DNA from: Ferroglobus placidus DSM 10642
GTDB lineage: Archaea > Halobacteriota > Archaeoglobi > Archaeoglobales > Archaeoglobaceae
Assembly (NCBI RefSeq): GCF_000025505.1
Contig: NC_013849.1
Coordinates: forward strand, 1,290,001-1,322,000
Length of the DNA stretch: 32,000 nucleotides
Reading direction: 5' to 3'
A program made the position numbers and the translations under genes. The notes beneath the pieces are model-generated. The model was not told the DNA's origin. It was given only the letters and a program-made list of their open reading frames with translations, and did no database searches. This document shows positions 18,759 through 28,857 of the stretch, piece by piece; the first letter of the stretch is position 1, and every line of letters begins with the position of its first letter.

Positions 18759-21700
18759 CTACTGGGTCTTCGAGAGTTTGATTCCAGTTACCACCGATGA
18801 GTTATCCCTCCCTAAGGTAACGCCAATTATAGCATCCGCCTCTTCGATCATCGGCTTTCTCAGCGAAACAACTATGAACTGAGCGTTTTTAGACATCCTC
18901 TTTATCATCTTCGCGACTCTCTTCACGTTCACTCCGTCGAGAAACATGTCCACCTCGTCGAAAGCGTAGAAAGGAGCTGGTTTGTAGCGTTGAATTGCAA
19001 GAATAAAAGCTAAGGCAACCAAACTTTTCTCTCCTCCGCTCATCGACTCAAGTTTTTGAATCGGCTTATTTCTCGGCTTTACTCTCATATGCAACCCGCT
19101 GTTGAAGGGATCTTCGGGATCGTCCAAATACAGCTCCCCCCAGCCTTCCGTTAGCTCGGCGATGATCTCTTTGAAGTACTCGTTTATTCTATCGAAAGTT
19201 TCGAAGAAAGTTTCTCTCTTCATTTTCTCGTACTTCTCTATTCTTTCGAGAATCTCCTCCCTCTCCCTTTCGAGGGTAAGTTTCCTCTCGAATAAGTCGT
19301 CCCTCCTCTTCTTCACCTCTTCGTACTCCTGAATCGCTTTCATGTTCACCTCTCCGAAGTTCGCAAGCTCCTTTTCAACCCTTTCAAGCTGTTCGATAGC
19401 ATCCTCTTTCTTCATCTTTGGCTCTACTTCCGGATAGGTGGCAAGTTCGGCTTTAAGTTTCTCCTCAACTTCCTTTCTCGCTTTTAGCTTTTCCGTCAAA
19501 GCCACGATTCTGTATTCGATCTCCTTCTTCTCAGCCTCCCTTTTTCTCATCCTTTCGAAGATTTCGTCTCTCTTCGCTCTTAGGTCTTTAGCCTCCTCTT
19601 CAAGCTTGGAAACTTCCTCCTCGTAGCTTTTGAGCAGCTTTTCGAGTTCGATCTTTCTTTTCTCCTTTTCTTCCAATTTCCTTCTTATCTCTTCTACCCG
19701 CCTTTCGATCTCTTTGATTTCTTCTTCTTTTTCCTTTACTGAATTGTTCTTCTCGCTTAGCACGAATGTTAGCTTTTCGGCTTGAGTTTCTATCCTTCTC
19801 AGCGTTTCAGCTCGTACTTCGTACTCGCTTTTCAGCTTTTCCAGCTCCTCCGTGAGTTTCGGAACTTCGCTGCCTCTTAGCTGCTTTTCTATTTTTTCCA
19901 TCTCCGACGAAATCTTCGAAATTTCCTCTTCGAATCTTTTGATTTCCTCGTTCTTCTCCGATAGCTTGATCTTCAGTTCCTTCTTTTCGTCCTCTTTTTC
20001 CTTCAGTTTCCTCTCGATTTCGGAAATTCTTGAGATCAAACCTTCGAATTTTCCTTTCTTTGTCGAAATGACGTTTTGAACCTCCTTTATTTTCTCCTCA
20101 AGTTCTTCAATCTTCTTCTGCGCGTCTTTCCAAGCATCCTCCGCTTTCCTCAACTCGCCGTTAAGTATCGATTTTTTGGAATTCAGTACCGTTATTTCCT
20201 CGAGGATTTCTTTTTCCCTTTTTAAAAGCTCCTTGACCATTAAAATTCCTGATTTGAGTTTTTCTGCGCTTCCACCGGTCATTGCGCCGCTTTTTTCTAT
20301 TAAATCGCCGTCGAGAGTAACGATTCTTCTCCCGTCCATTAGCCTCTTAGCGTTATCGAGGTTGTCGACAACGAGCGTATCTCTGTAGACGAAGTTGAAA
20401 ATCGGTCTGAATTTCTCGTCGCATTTGATCAGGTTCACAGCATAGTCTATCACGCCTTTTTCTTTTAGAACCTTTTTGTCGAGTTCTATTTTTCCGAAGT
20501 TTTTCCTAATCTTGTTTAGAGGAAGAAAAGTTGCTCTGCCACCTTTTATCTCTTTTAAGTATTTTATCGCCCTAACAGCATCATCCTCATTTTCAACGAC
20601 TATAAAGCTAAGAGCGTTTCCGGCAGCAACTTCGAGGGCTAACGCAAACTCCTGATCTACTTCTCCGAGTTGAGAGACCGTTCCATAAACTCCCGGAAGA
20701 GCTCTTTTCTCTTTCGCTTCTAAAATTAACTCCACAGCTTTTCCGAAGAAAGCCTCCCTTGAGCTTATTTCCGTTCTAATTTTCGTCAGCTCTATTTCCT
20801 TTTCCTTTATCTTTTCCTCCAAGTCGGCGAGCTCCCTTCTTATGGAGAAAATCCTCTTGTCGATCTCGTTTCTGCTCTTTAACTCTGAAGAAAGCTGCTT
20901 TTTTAAAATTTCCAGTTCTCTTTCTTCTCTTTCAACATCCCTTTTAAGAGCTTCGATCTCTTTTTCGGCAGCTTCCTTCTCAGCTGAAAGCTCGGCTGAA
21001 AACATGTCAAGCTTTCTCAAACTTTCGAGAATGACGTCTCTTTCCCTAATTACCTCGTTTAGCTTACTTTTTAACTTCTCAAGCTCTTCTCTCTTTCTTA
21101 AAAACTCGTCCCTCAGCTTTCCGTACTTCTCGTCCGCTTGAGTAATTTTTATTTTTAACAAGTTGATTCTGCTTTCGATCTCCTCTTTTTCCTCTTCAAC
21201 GCTCATTCTCTGAAGAGAGAGCTTCTCGAGCTCTTTGAGAATTTCATCGATTTCATCTTTGAGTTTGGATACTTCCGAAAGAACTTTTATTTTTTTACTT
21301 TCGAGCTCGTGAATTTGAGAGCCGTAAAACTCCTTTTCTTCGAAAATTTTCTCGATTTCAGCTTTTGCCTCTGAAATTCTCTTTTGAAGCTCCTTGTATC
21401 TTTCGTCCATCCTCGACGAAATTTCTCTCACTATTTCTTCGAATTCCTCGTTTAGTTTTTCCACCTCCGCTTTTATCTTCGCGAATTCTTCGTGAAGCTC
21501 GTCTATTTCTCTTTCGCTCTCGATTATCTCCTTCGTAACTCTTTCAAGCTTCTTCAAAACTTCCAATCTTTTGTGAGCGAGAATCTCTCTTTCGAGTTCT
21601 TCTTTCCTTTCAAGAAGGCTTTTGTACCGCAAAGCTTCTTCTCTATCCTTTTCGAGGGTTTTTAAGTGCTGTTCGACCTCTGCCAGAACTGCCGAAATTT

Positions 21701-22259
21701 TTTCGATGTTCTCCCTGACGACCTCGAGTTCTTGCAGAGCTTTCTCCTTTTTCTCGTCGAACTCTGAAATTCCGGCTATGTCGTCTATGACCTTCCTCCT
21801 CTGGTACGGGCTCATTTCGACAATTCTCGTCACATCGCCTTGCATTATTACGTTTGGCGTATCCTCGTAAACCCCCGCTTTTTCGAGGAACTTTTTCACG
21901 TCCGCTAGCGAGCAGGGTTTTGAGTTTATGTAGTAGTAGCTGTAGTATCCGCTTTCGGTAACTTTAATTCTCCTTTTCACTTCAACTTTGCCGTTTTCTC
22001 CTTCGTTCTCGCTTCTGAATGTTATGCTGACCTCCGCCTCCTTTCCGTTTGAATTCAGGCTTATTAAGTCTGTCAGCTTTTCCGCTCTGAGAACTTTTGT
22101 GGAAGAAGACAAGCCGAGGCAGAAGAGGATAGCGTCTATGATATTGGACTTTCCGCTTCCATTTGGTCCGCTTATAACGTTAAATCCCTTGACAAAGGGA
22201 ATTTCGGTTTTTCGAGAAAAAGATTTGAAGTTTTTTAGCTCGATTTTTTCGATGTGCAT
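18759..22259 (-). CDS. smc: Chromosome segregation ATPase SMC
   Basis: Walker A GPNGSGKSNIIDAI, hinge around LPGVYGTVSQLGEVD, signature LESMSGGEKSLVALAFILAIQ, Walker B FYAFDEVDMFLD, long coiled coils. Confidence 0.97.
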   Translation of the reverse strand: MHIEKIELKNFKSFSRKTEIPFVKGFNVISGPNGSGKSNIIDAILFCLGLSSSTKVLRAEKLTDLISLNSNGKEAEVSITFRSENEGENGKVEVKRRIKVTESGYYSYYYINSKPCSLADVKKFLEKAGVYEDTPNVIMQGDVTRIVEMSPYQRRKVIDDIAGISEFDEKKEKALQELEVVRENIEKISAVLAEVEQHLKTLEKDREEALRYKSLLERKEELEREILAHKRLEVLKKLERVTKEIIESEREIDELHEEFAKIKAEVEKLNEEFEEIVREISSRMDERYKELQKRISEAKAEIEKIFEEKEFYGSQIHELESKKIKVLSEVSKLKDEIDEILKELEKLSLQRMSVEEEKEEIESRINLLKIKITQADEKYGKLRDEFLRKREELEKLKSKLNEVIRERDVILESLRKLDMFSAELSAEKEAAEKEIEALKRDVEREERELEILKKQLSSELKSRNEIDKRIFSIRRELADLEEKIKEKEIELTKIRTEISSREAFFGKAVELILEAKEKRALPGVYGTVSQLGEVDQEFALALEVAAGNALSFIVVENEDDAVRAIKYLKEIKGGRATFLPLNKIRKNFGKIELDKKVLKEKGVIDYAVNLIKCDEKFRPIFNFVYRDTLVVDNLDNAKRLMDGRRIVTLDGDLIEKSGAMTGGSAEKLKSGILMVKELLKREKEILEEITVLNSKKSILNGELRKAEDAWKDAQKKIEELEEKIKEVQNVISTKKGKFEGLISRISEIERKLKEKEDEKKELKIKLSEKNEEIKRFEEEISKISSEMEKIEKQLRGSEVPKLTEELEKLKSEYEVRAETLRRIETQAEKLTFVLSEKNNSVKEKEEEIKEIERRVEEIRRKLEEKEKRKIELEKLLKSYEEEVSKLEEEAKDLRAKRDEIFERMRKREAEKKEIEYRIVALTEKLKARKEVEEKLKAELATYPEVEPKMKKEDAIEQLERVEKELANFGEVNMKAIQEYEEVKKRRDDLFERKLTLEREREEILERIEKYEKMKRETFFETFDRINEYFKEIIAELTEGWGELYLDDPEDPFNSGLHMRVKPRNKPIQKLESMSGGEKSLVALAFILAIQRYKPAPFYAFDEVDMFLDGVNVKRVAKMIKRMSKNAQFIVVSLRKPMIEEADAIIGVTLGRDNSSVVTGIKLSKTQ

Positions 22260-22260
22260 C

Positions 22261-22578
22261 TCAGTCGCATACTATGATGTCGCTCTTCTCTTCTTTCTTC
22301 TCCTCTTCTCTTTCGACGACTTTCTTAGCTACTTCCTCTTTCTTCGGAGAAATTTCTGCTTTCAGATACAGCACTTCATCCATCAGAGTTCTGACGGTTT
22401 TGCTGAGTTCAACGATTTTCGCTTCAAATTCTTTCAGCCTTTCGTTAACCTCCGAAAGAATCTCTTCTTTGAAGTTTTCGTAACTCATTCCTACCACCTG
22501 TTTTAACGAACGAATTTCCCTCTCCTTTTCCGCAAGCTTTCTTTCGAGCCTCTCAATCAGAATATCTTTTTCCGACAT
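22261..22578 (-). CDS. Small charged coiled-coil protein of unknown function, immediately upstream of smc
   Basis: 105 aa, heptad-rich. Stop separated by 1 nt from the smc ATG, with a strong TATA-like element upstream. Confidence 0.75.
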   Translation of the reverse strand: MSEKDILIERLERKLAEKEREIRSLKQVVGMSYENFKEEILSEVNERLKEFEAKIVELSKTVRTLMDEVLYLKAEISPKKEEVAKKVVEREEEKKEEKSDIIVCD

Positions 22579-22605
22579 TTCGAAATTATAATGCTCGTCC
22601 TAACT

Positions 22606-22619
22606 TAATATACTTTTCT
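22606..22619 (-). promoter_or_regulatory. Likely BRE/TATA promoter of the coiled-coil-smc-scpA-scpB cluster
   Basis: Minus strand GAAAAGTATATTAAG about 30 nt upstream of the ATG at 22578. Confidence 0.6.
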
Positions 22620-22779
22620 GCAGTGGAAAGCGAGCGTTAAAACTTTCAAAATGTTAATTGGAGAATTTTTAACTCGCAAAATCTACCGAGATTTTTCGGG
22701 TTGATTTGCCTATTTCGAAACGCTCCAAATAAAATTCCTTAGAAGATGCATCCTTTTATTGGAACGCATTTTTTCCTGT

Positions 22780-22812
22780 CCAGAAGAAAAATTTGGAAAA
22801 AAGCTGTCTTTT
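22780..22812 (-). terminator. Possible oligo-T termination region downstream of aspS
   Basis: Minus strand after the aspS stop reads AAAAAGACAGCTTTTTTCCAAATTTTTCTTC. Confidence 0.35.
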
Positions 22813-24102
22813 TTAAGGAACGAGCCTTTGTCTGTCTCTCGGAAAGAGAACAGCCTCTCTTATGTTCTTTAAATCGAGCATAGCCATCAGCAATCTTTCC
22901 ACGCCAAGCCCCCAGCCAGCATGAGGCGGCATTCCGTAACGGAAAGCTTCTAAGTAAAAGCCGAAGCTTTCTGGATCTAATCCCTGAGCTTTTATCCTTT
23001 CTACGAGCAGATCGTACTTGTGAATTCTCTGAGCTCCGCTCGCCAGCTCCAACCACCCTTTCATAAGGTCGAAGCTCTTGCAGATTTCTTTTCTGTTCTC
23101 GTAGGGCATCGCGTAGAAGGGTTTGCTTTCCGTTGGCCAGTCGGTTATGAAGTAGTATCCCTGCATGTGCTCCGCGAGAACTTTTAACGCTGGAGTTGAG
23201 AAGTCCTCCCCCCACGGAATCTCTTCTTTCCTCGAAACGATTTCAAGGGCTTCGTCGTAGGTTATCCTTTCAAAGGGCTTTTCTGGAACTTCTAACTTAA
23301 CGTTTAACCAATTCAAATACTTCTCGCAGTTCTCAACGACTCTCTCGTGAATGTAAACTATCAACTCCTCCAAATACTTCATCACACCGTTGTGGTCGGT
23401 GAAACTAACCTCTATATCTATCGAAGTAGCCTCGTTGAGGTGTCTCACCGTATTGTGCTCTTCCGCTCTGAATATTGGTCCTATCTCGAAAACCCTGTCG
23501 AAGCCAGCAGCCATTAGAGTTTGTTTGTAAAGTTGAGGACTCTGGTTGAGGAACGCTTCTCTCTCAAAATACGTAATCGGGAACAGCTCGGTTCCACCTT
23601 CGGTAGCTGTAGAAACTATTTTCGGCGTGTTAACTTCTATGAAACCTCTTTCGTGAAAGAACTCCCTCGTAGCATTTAAAACCTCGCTCCTCACCCTGAA
23701 TATCGCGAAAACTCTGTGCTTTCTCAAATCCAAAAACCTGTGGTCGAGCCTCGTGTCGAGCTCAGCCGGAACCTTCTCAGTCACGTCGAGGGGAAGAGGT
23801 GCGTCGGCTTCGTTTAAAACCTCGAATTCCTCGGGAATTATCTCAAAACCGTTTGGTGCTCTCTCCTCTTTCTTAACCTCTCCTACAACTTTCACTACGC
23901 TCTCCCTTCTAACATTCTTCGCCCTCTCGAAAACTTCTTGCTTAACTTTTTTCTTCGGCAGCGTAATCTGAGCGAATCCCTCCCTGTCCCTTAAAACTAC
24001 GAAAACGAGCCCTCCGAGGTCTCTTACCTCGTGAATCCATCCGTACAAAGTAACCTTCTTTCCGAAATCCTCTTCGCTTATTTCTGAGGTGAACTTCCTC
24101 AT
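22813..24102 (-). CDS. aspS: Aspartyl-tRNA synthetase (archaeal type)
   Basis: [83 protein letters not shown]. Confidence 0.96.
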   Translation of the reverse strand: MRKFTSEISEEDFGKKVTLYGWIHEVRDLGGLVFVVLRDREGFAQITLPKKKVKQEVFERAKNVRRESVVKVVGEVKKEERAPNGFEIIPEEFEVLNEADAPLPLDVTEKVPAELDTRLDHRFLDLRKHRVFAIFRVRSEVLNATREFFHERGFIEVNTPKIVSTATEGGTELFPITYFEREAFLNQSPQLYKQTLMAAGFDRVFEIGPIFRAEEHNTVRHLNEATSIDIEVSFTDHNGVMKYLEELIVYIHERVVENCEKYLNWLNVKLEVPEKPFERITYDEALEIVSRKEEIPWGEDFSTPALKVLAEHMQGYYFITDWPTESKPFYAMPYENRKEICKSFDLMKGWLELASGAQRIHKYDLLVERIKAQGLDPESFGFYLEAFRYGMPPHAGWGLGVERLLMAMLDLKNIREAVLFPRDRQRLVP

Positions 24103-25268
24103 TTCAACCTCTCCTCCACAGATTTTGCGTGAAGAGGCAAACCTTCTGCTTTCGCAATTTTAATAATGACCTCTCCGTACTTTTCAAGCCACTCCTTCGA
24201 GAGCATCTGATACGTTACGTGCTTCATAAAAGTTTCAGTGCTCAATCCGGAGTAAACTCTCGCGTATCCTCCGGTGGGAAGGACGTGATTCGTTCCGCTC
24301 GCGTAATCTCCGGCGGCAACCGGAGAATACTCCCCGAGAAATACGCTTCCAGCATTCCTAACCTTTCCGAGCATTTTGAGGGCGTTTTTTGTGAATATGC
24401 TCAAGTGTTCCGGAGCGATTTTGTTTGCGATTTCAAAAGCCTCGTCGAGGTTTTTCACGAGAATCGCTTTAAATTCTCCCTGAGAAACGAGTTCAGAAAC
24501 TTTCCTTTTAACTTTCTCGGCAATTTCCTCGGAAGTCGTAACGAGGATGGCTTTAGCTAAAGGATCGTGCTCGAGCTGTGCTGCACAGTCGTAGGCGATA
24601 AAGTCGGAATTTGCCGTTTCGTCGGCTATAATCAGAATTTCCGAAGGTCCGGCCGGCATGTCTATCGCAACGTCCTTCTGCACGAGGAGTTTTGCAGCCG
24701 TAACGTAGATGTTTCCCGGACCGACGATCTTGTCAACTTTCTCAACACTTTCAGTTCCGTAAGCCATCGCAGCTATTGCCTGAGCTCCTCCAACTGCGTA
24801 AATTTCATCGACGCCAGCCAAGTCTAACGCTACGAGAGTTAAAGGATTAACTCCGTCTTTCGCTGGAGGGGTGCATGCTACAATTTTATCGACTCCGGCA
24901 ATTCTTGCCGGAATTGCGGTCATCAAAGCAGTTGAAGGGTAGCTCGCTCTTCCTCCCGGAACGTACAATCCTGCTTTCTCAATCGGAACGTAAATTTTTC
25001 CGAGAATAGCATCTCCGTAGTCTACTCTTATGCTCTCCGGAGCTGTTGCTAAGTGAAATCTCTCGATGTTCTCCTTCGCAATTTCGAGAGCATCAATTAT
25101 ATCGTCGCTGACTCTTTCGTAGGCTTCGTCTATCTTTTCCTTGGGAACCTTAATGTAATCGAGTTTTACCTTGTCGAACTTCTCGGTCAGTTCGTAAAGT
25201 GCCTTGTCTCCTTCTTTCTTAACCTTTTCAATTATCTGCTTTACCTCATCGAGAACTTTCTCAAGCAT
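24099..25268 (-). CDS. hisD: Histidinol dehydrogenase
   Basis: [73 protein letters not shown]. Confidence 0.96.
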   Translation of the reverse strand: MLEKVLDEVKQIIEKVKKEGDKALYELTEKFDKVKLDYIKVPKEKIDEAYERVSDDIIDALEIAKENIERFHLATAPESIRVDYGDAILGKIYVPIEKAGLYVPGGRASYPSTALMTAIPARIAGVDKIVACTPPAKDGVNPLTLVALDLAGVDEIYAVGGAQAIAAMAYGTESVEKVDKIVGPGNIYVTAAKLLVQKDVAIDMPAGPSEILIIADETANSDFIAYDCAAQLEHDPLAKAILVTTSEEIAEKVKRKVSELVSQGEFKAILVKNLDEAFEIANKIAPEHLSIFTKNALKMLGKVRNAGSVFLGEYSPVAAGDYASGTNHVLPTGGYARVYSGLSTETFMKHVTYQMLSKEWLEKYGEVIIKIAKAEGLPLHAKSVEERLK

Positions 25269-26010
25269 TCATTACATCCTCCGCCATTTTTGTTAAGTGA
25301 TCCCTTATGGCTTCTATAGCTCTCTTTAATACTGTTTTGTTATCGTACTTTCTGAGTATTTCCTCGGCTTCTTCTTCTGTTATTTCTTTAGCGAACTCGA
25401 TCATTTCCGGAATGGCTCTCGTTATGTTGTTAACGATGGTTACGTCCGCCATTCTCGCGGTTCTCGAGAGCGGGTTCAGGTCGATGGCTATCACCTTCTT
25501 TCCGTGCCTTTTCAGAATTTCGCACCTATCTCCGTCTTCGAGGGGAACGAGAACTACGTCAGCCTTCAAAATTCCTCTGCTGTCGACGATCCTCCTCGCG
25601 TGAGATATTCCCTCTAAAACTGCGTCCCCTCTGTAATATACAGTTCCACCAAGTTCTTCGAGCTTTTTTGCAATTTTTTCAACTCTTTCCTTGGAGTAGT
25701 GGAAGATATTAACTTCGAGAGGAGCGTTAAGAGCTTTGGACAATTCAACGAGCTCTTTTGCAACGAGACTCGCTGCGTTACCGTTTACGGAAATTACCGG
25801 GTGTTTGGCTAATTTCATCAACGCAACGGCAGCTCTCTCAGCCTCTAAAGCAAAATCGTGAGATTTTTCTCCGAGGATGTAATCGAAAGCCTCCCCTCTC
25901 CCGTGAGCGATCAACCCCTCTAATACAGCCAAACCCTCTTTAACGCCTTCTACGAGCTTCTCTCTCGTCATTAGCGAATGATATCTCGGGTGACTCTTCG
26001 GAATTTCCAT
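25261..26010 (-). CDS. 4-phosphopantoate--beta-alanine ligase (archaeal phosphopantothenate synthetase)
   Basis: IPKSHPRYHSLMTREKLVEGVKEGLAVLEGLIAHGRGEAFDYILGE, VNGNAASLVAKE, VPLEDGDRCEILKRHGKKVIAIDLNPLSRTARMAD. Start at MEIPKSH. Confidence 0.87.
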   Translation of the reverse strand: MEIPKSHPRYHSLMTREKLVEGVKEGLAVLEGLIAHGRGEAFDYILGEKSHDFALEAERAAVALMKLAKHPVISVNGNAASLVAKELVELSKALNAPLEVNIFHYSKERVEKIAKKLEELGGTVYYRGDAVLEGISHARRIVDSRGILKADVVLVPLEDGDRCEILKRHGKKVIAIDLNPLSRTARMADVTIVNNITRAIPEMIEFAKEITEEEAEEILRKYDNKTVLKRAIEAIRDHLTKMAEDVMNA

Positions 26011-26048
26011 GGCAGAAACTTCGCTTTGAGGATAAAAAATTTCGTCTC

Positions 26049-28523
26049 CTAAGCTCTTCTGATCAGCTTTTCTAATTCTACAATCCAAAAAACTATGGAG
26101 GCTAACAAAAGCACAGCTATCCATTCTGAAATTTCTAACGGTTCAAGAAGTATGCTGCTCGCAAAATTGGTAACGAGAATTTGAAGGACGAGGGTCGAAA
26201 ATATGCCTAAAAATGCGAAGGGGTTTAAATTTACATTGAAGAAACTTTTGTCCGGATGTGGTGTTAGTAGGTACCACATCCCAACAGCTATTACTGTGTT
26301 CATAGCTGCGGACATTTTTCCAGTTTTAAAGTAAAGAAGATAAGCTAAAAGAATTGAGATTAGGGAAATGTAAAGGATTCTGAAAGCCAATACTTTGTTT
26401 AAAAGTTCACCTTTGGACGGTTTGAGTCTCAATAAACCTTTTTCTGGTTTGTCGAAGACTATCATCGTTCCAAGAAGCGCTGCAGTGACCGTATTTACCC
26501 AGAGGATATGTAAAGGCTTCATAGGCAGTGGAATTCCCAAAGCAAAAGCCGTAAGAACAATTCCAGCCTGCCCACCGTTTGTTGGCAGTATCCAACATAA
26601 AATTCGCTGAATTTTCCTAAAAACATCTCTTCCAACTTCGACAGCTTTCACAATGGAAGAAAAAGCGTTATCAAGAAGGATCATGTCCGATGCTTCTTTT
26701 GCTACATCCTCTCCCTCGCCCATCGCAATTCCTATGTCTGCTCTTTTTAATGCAGGAGCGTCATTTACTCCGTCTCCCGTTACGGCAACTATCTCTCCCT
26801 CTTCTTGGAGCGCTTTAACGATCTCCAGCTTTTGTTCCGGAGAGACTCTTGCAAAAACGTTGTATTTTTTAATGGCTTTTTTAACATCCATTTTTTCAAG
26901 CTCACTTCCATCTATGACCTCACCCTCGATCCCAGCAGCTCTCGCAATCGCTTTTGCTGTAAGGGGGTGGTCCCCAGTTATCATCACAACTCTTATCCCA
27001 GCTTCCTTGCAAGCCAGTATGCTTTGTCGACTGTCCTCTCTGAGCGGATCCATTAGGCAAACGTATCCCAAAAACTTCATATCTTCGAAATCAAAACCTC
27101 CGAACTCTTCCACATCCTTATAAGCAAAGGCAATCACTCTTGCACCCATCGAAGCGCAAATTTCAGCGGTGGAAATTTCCACATTGCACATTTTCGATAT
27201 AACCTCCGGGGCTCCTTTCACGAAAATATACTTCTTTCCGTTAACCTCACTCAAAACAGCCATAAATTTTCTTCTTGAGTCGAAAGGAATCTCGTCAATG
27301 GTTTCGTAGTCCGGTGTTATTCCGTTTTTCAAAGCAACTTCGAGTAACGCTATATCTGTTGGATCTCCGTGAAAGAAAATCTTCCCGTCCTTTACTTGGT
27401 AAGTAGCTTTGTTACATACGTATCCGGCAGTTAAGATCAGCTTTAAATCTTCTGACAGGTTGTTCAGTTCTTCTGCGGAATAGCTCCCACTTCTCGTGGT
27501 AATCCTAACGACCTTCATTTTGTTTTGAGTAATTGTACCGGTCTTGTCGGTACAAATAACCGTAACGCTCCCTAAGGTCTCTACAGCCGGGAGTTTCCTT
27601 ATTAAAACGTTCCTTGCAGCCATCTCCTTAACGCCTAGGGCAAGGCTAACGGTGACGAGAGCTGGGAGAGCTTCGGGTATTGCTGCTACAGCAAGGCTTA
27701 TCGATGCTAAAAGAGTATATAACGGGTCGTACCCTCTTATCATACCTACTAAAAAGTTCAGGAGAGAAACTGCCAATATTGCAACTGATAGTCTTTTCCC
27801 CATCCTTTTCATCTTTGCGATCAGTGGTGTCTGAATTCTCTCCTCTTTTTTCACGAGTTTGCTGATTCTTCCTATCTCTGTTTTTTCTCCAGTATCTACA
27901 ACGACCGCGAGTCCATTACCGCTTACGACGATCGTCCCTGCGTAAACCATATTTTTTCTTTCGGGTAAAATCGCATTTTCTTTAACAGTGTCTACTGTCT
28001 TCTCTACAGCTTCTGACTCACCGGTGAGCACTGCTTCGTTAATAAAAAGCTCCTTAGCTTCTATAACTCTCGCATCTGCCGGAACTCTCATTCCCGGCTC
28101 AAGAATTATTACGTCTCCCGGAACTATTTCGGAGGAGTCAACGACTTTTATCTTTCCGGAGCGTTTTACTTTAACTTTGTATGTCATAAGTCTCTGAAGA
28201 CTTTCGATTATCTTTTCCGCTTTCCACTCCTGAAGAAAACCAAGTAGGGCGCTGGCAAATATTATAAGTGCAACAACCGCCGATTCCAGTAAATTATTCA
28301 TTAAGTATAAGATTACTGACGAAAAAACCAGCACGAGCATTATAGAGTCTGTAAATTGACGAAGAAAGATAACGTGAGCCCTTACTTTCTTGAGTTTTAT
28401 CGTATTTTTACCAAATTTCTCAAGCCTTTTTCTTACTTCCTCATCGCTTAGACCGGTTTTTGAAGTTTTCAACAACTTTAAAACTTCTTCTGGAGATAGC
28501 GACCAGTAACTTTGTGTTTTCAT
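26049..28523 (-). CDS. P2-like P-type cation-transporting ATPase
   Basis: LTGESE, AVAAIPEALP, ICTDKTGTITQNKM, KGAPEVI, DPLREDS, MITGDHPLTAKAIA, VTGDGVNDAPALKRADIGIAMG. Confidence 0.95.
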   Translation of the reverse strand: MKTQSYWSLSPEEVLKLLKTSKTGLSDEEVRKRLEKFGKNTIKLKKVRAHVIFLRQFTDSIMLVLVFSSVILYLMNNLLESAVVALIIFASALLGFLQEWKAEKIIESLQRLMTYKVKVKRSGKIKVVDSSEIVPGDVIILEPGMRVPADARVIEAKELFINEAVLTGESEAVEKTVDTVKENAILPERKNMVYAGTIVVSGNGLAVVVDTGEKTEIGRISKLVKKEERIQTPLIAKMKRMGKRLSVAILAVSLLNFLVGMIRGYDPLYTLLASISLAVAAIPEALPALVTVSLALGVKEMAARNVLIRKLPAVETLGSVTVICTDKTGTITQNKMKVVRITTRSGSYSAEELNNLSEDLKLILTAGYVCNKATYQVKDGKIFFHGDPTDIALLEVALKNGITPDYETIDEIPFDSRRKFMAVLSEVNGKKYIFVKGAPEVISKMCNVEISTAEICASMGARVIAFAYKDVEEFGGFDFEDMKFLGYVCLMDPLREDSRQSILACKEAGIRVVMITGDHPLTAKAIARAAGIEGEVIDGSELEKMDVKKAIKKYNVFARVSPEQKLEIVKALQEEGEIVAVTGDGVNDAPALKRADIGIAMGEGEDVAKEASDMILLDNAFSSIVKAVEVGRDVFRKIQRILCWILPTNGGQAGIVLTAFALGIPLPMKPLHILWVNTVTAALLGTMIVFDKPEKGLLRLKPSKGELLNKVLAFRILYISLISILLAYLLYFKTGKMSAAMNTVIAVGMWYLLTPHPDKSFFNVNLNPFAFLGIFSTLVLQILVTNFASSILLEPLEISEWIAVLLLASIVFWIVELEKLIRRA

Positions 28524-28857
28524 TTAAAATATCCATGTTTCGAACGCTCTTTTAATGTTTTTTGGTAAAGTAGTAAAAGTGCAACCTATACTTCTATTTT
28601 CTTGTACGCTTTTATGGTTGCCTCGAAAGTTACAAAAAGAGTCAGTTTAAGCTTTCCAAAATTTCTGGACTACTCGAACATTCCGCAACTTTAACGCTGT
28701 TAAATGGGCTGAAAGCTTTCAAATATTTAAAATTTTCCTCGAACACGCCGGGGTTTCATTTTTAACTGTTTCGCTCGGTATGTCGTGTTCGAGAGATGTT
28801 TGTGAGAGAAAGTATTATATACTTCCATTCGACGTAAAATTTTGTTAGAGTATATCC
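28524..28857 (+). promoter_or_regulatory. Putative CRISPR leader with TATA-like promoter
   Basis: 334-bp non-coding region before the first repeat. GAGAGAAAGTATTATATACTT (TATA about 28812-28822) lies about 35-45 nt upstream of repeat 1. The 3' end of the repeats (ATTGAAAG) fits this orientation. Confidence 0.7.

Noticed and set aside
18067-22506. Many Ser/Phe-rich plus-strand ORFs opposite scpA, smc and the coiled-coil gene
   Set aside because: Antisense shadow ORFs of a Glu/Lys-rich coiled-coil coding sequence; no recognisable domains.
22739-23215. 158-aa minus-strand ORF overlapping the 3' end of aspS
   Set aside because: Out of frame with the well supported aspS gene and low-complexity Arg/Ser-rich; most likely spurious.
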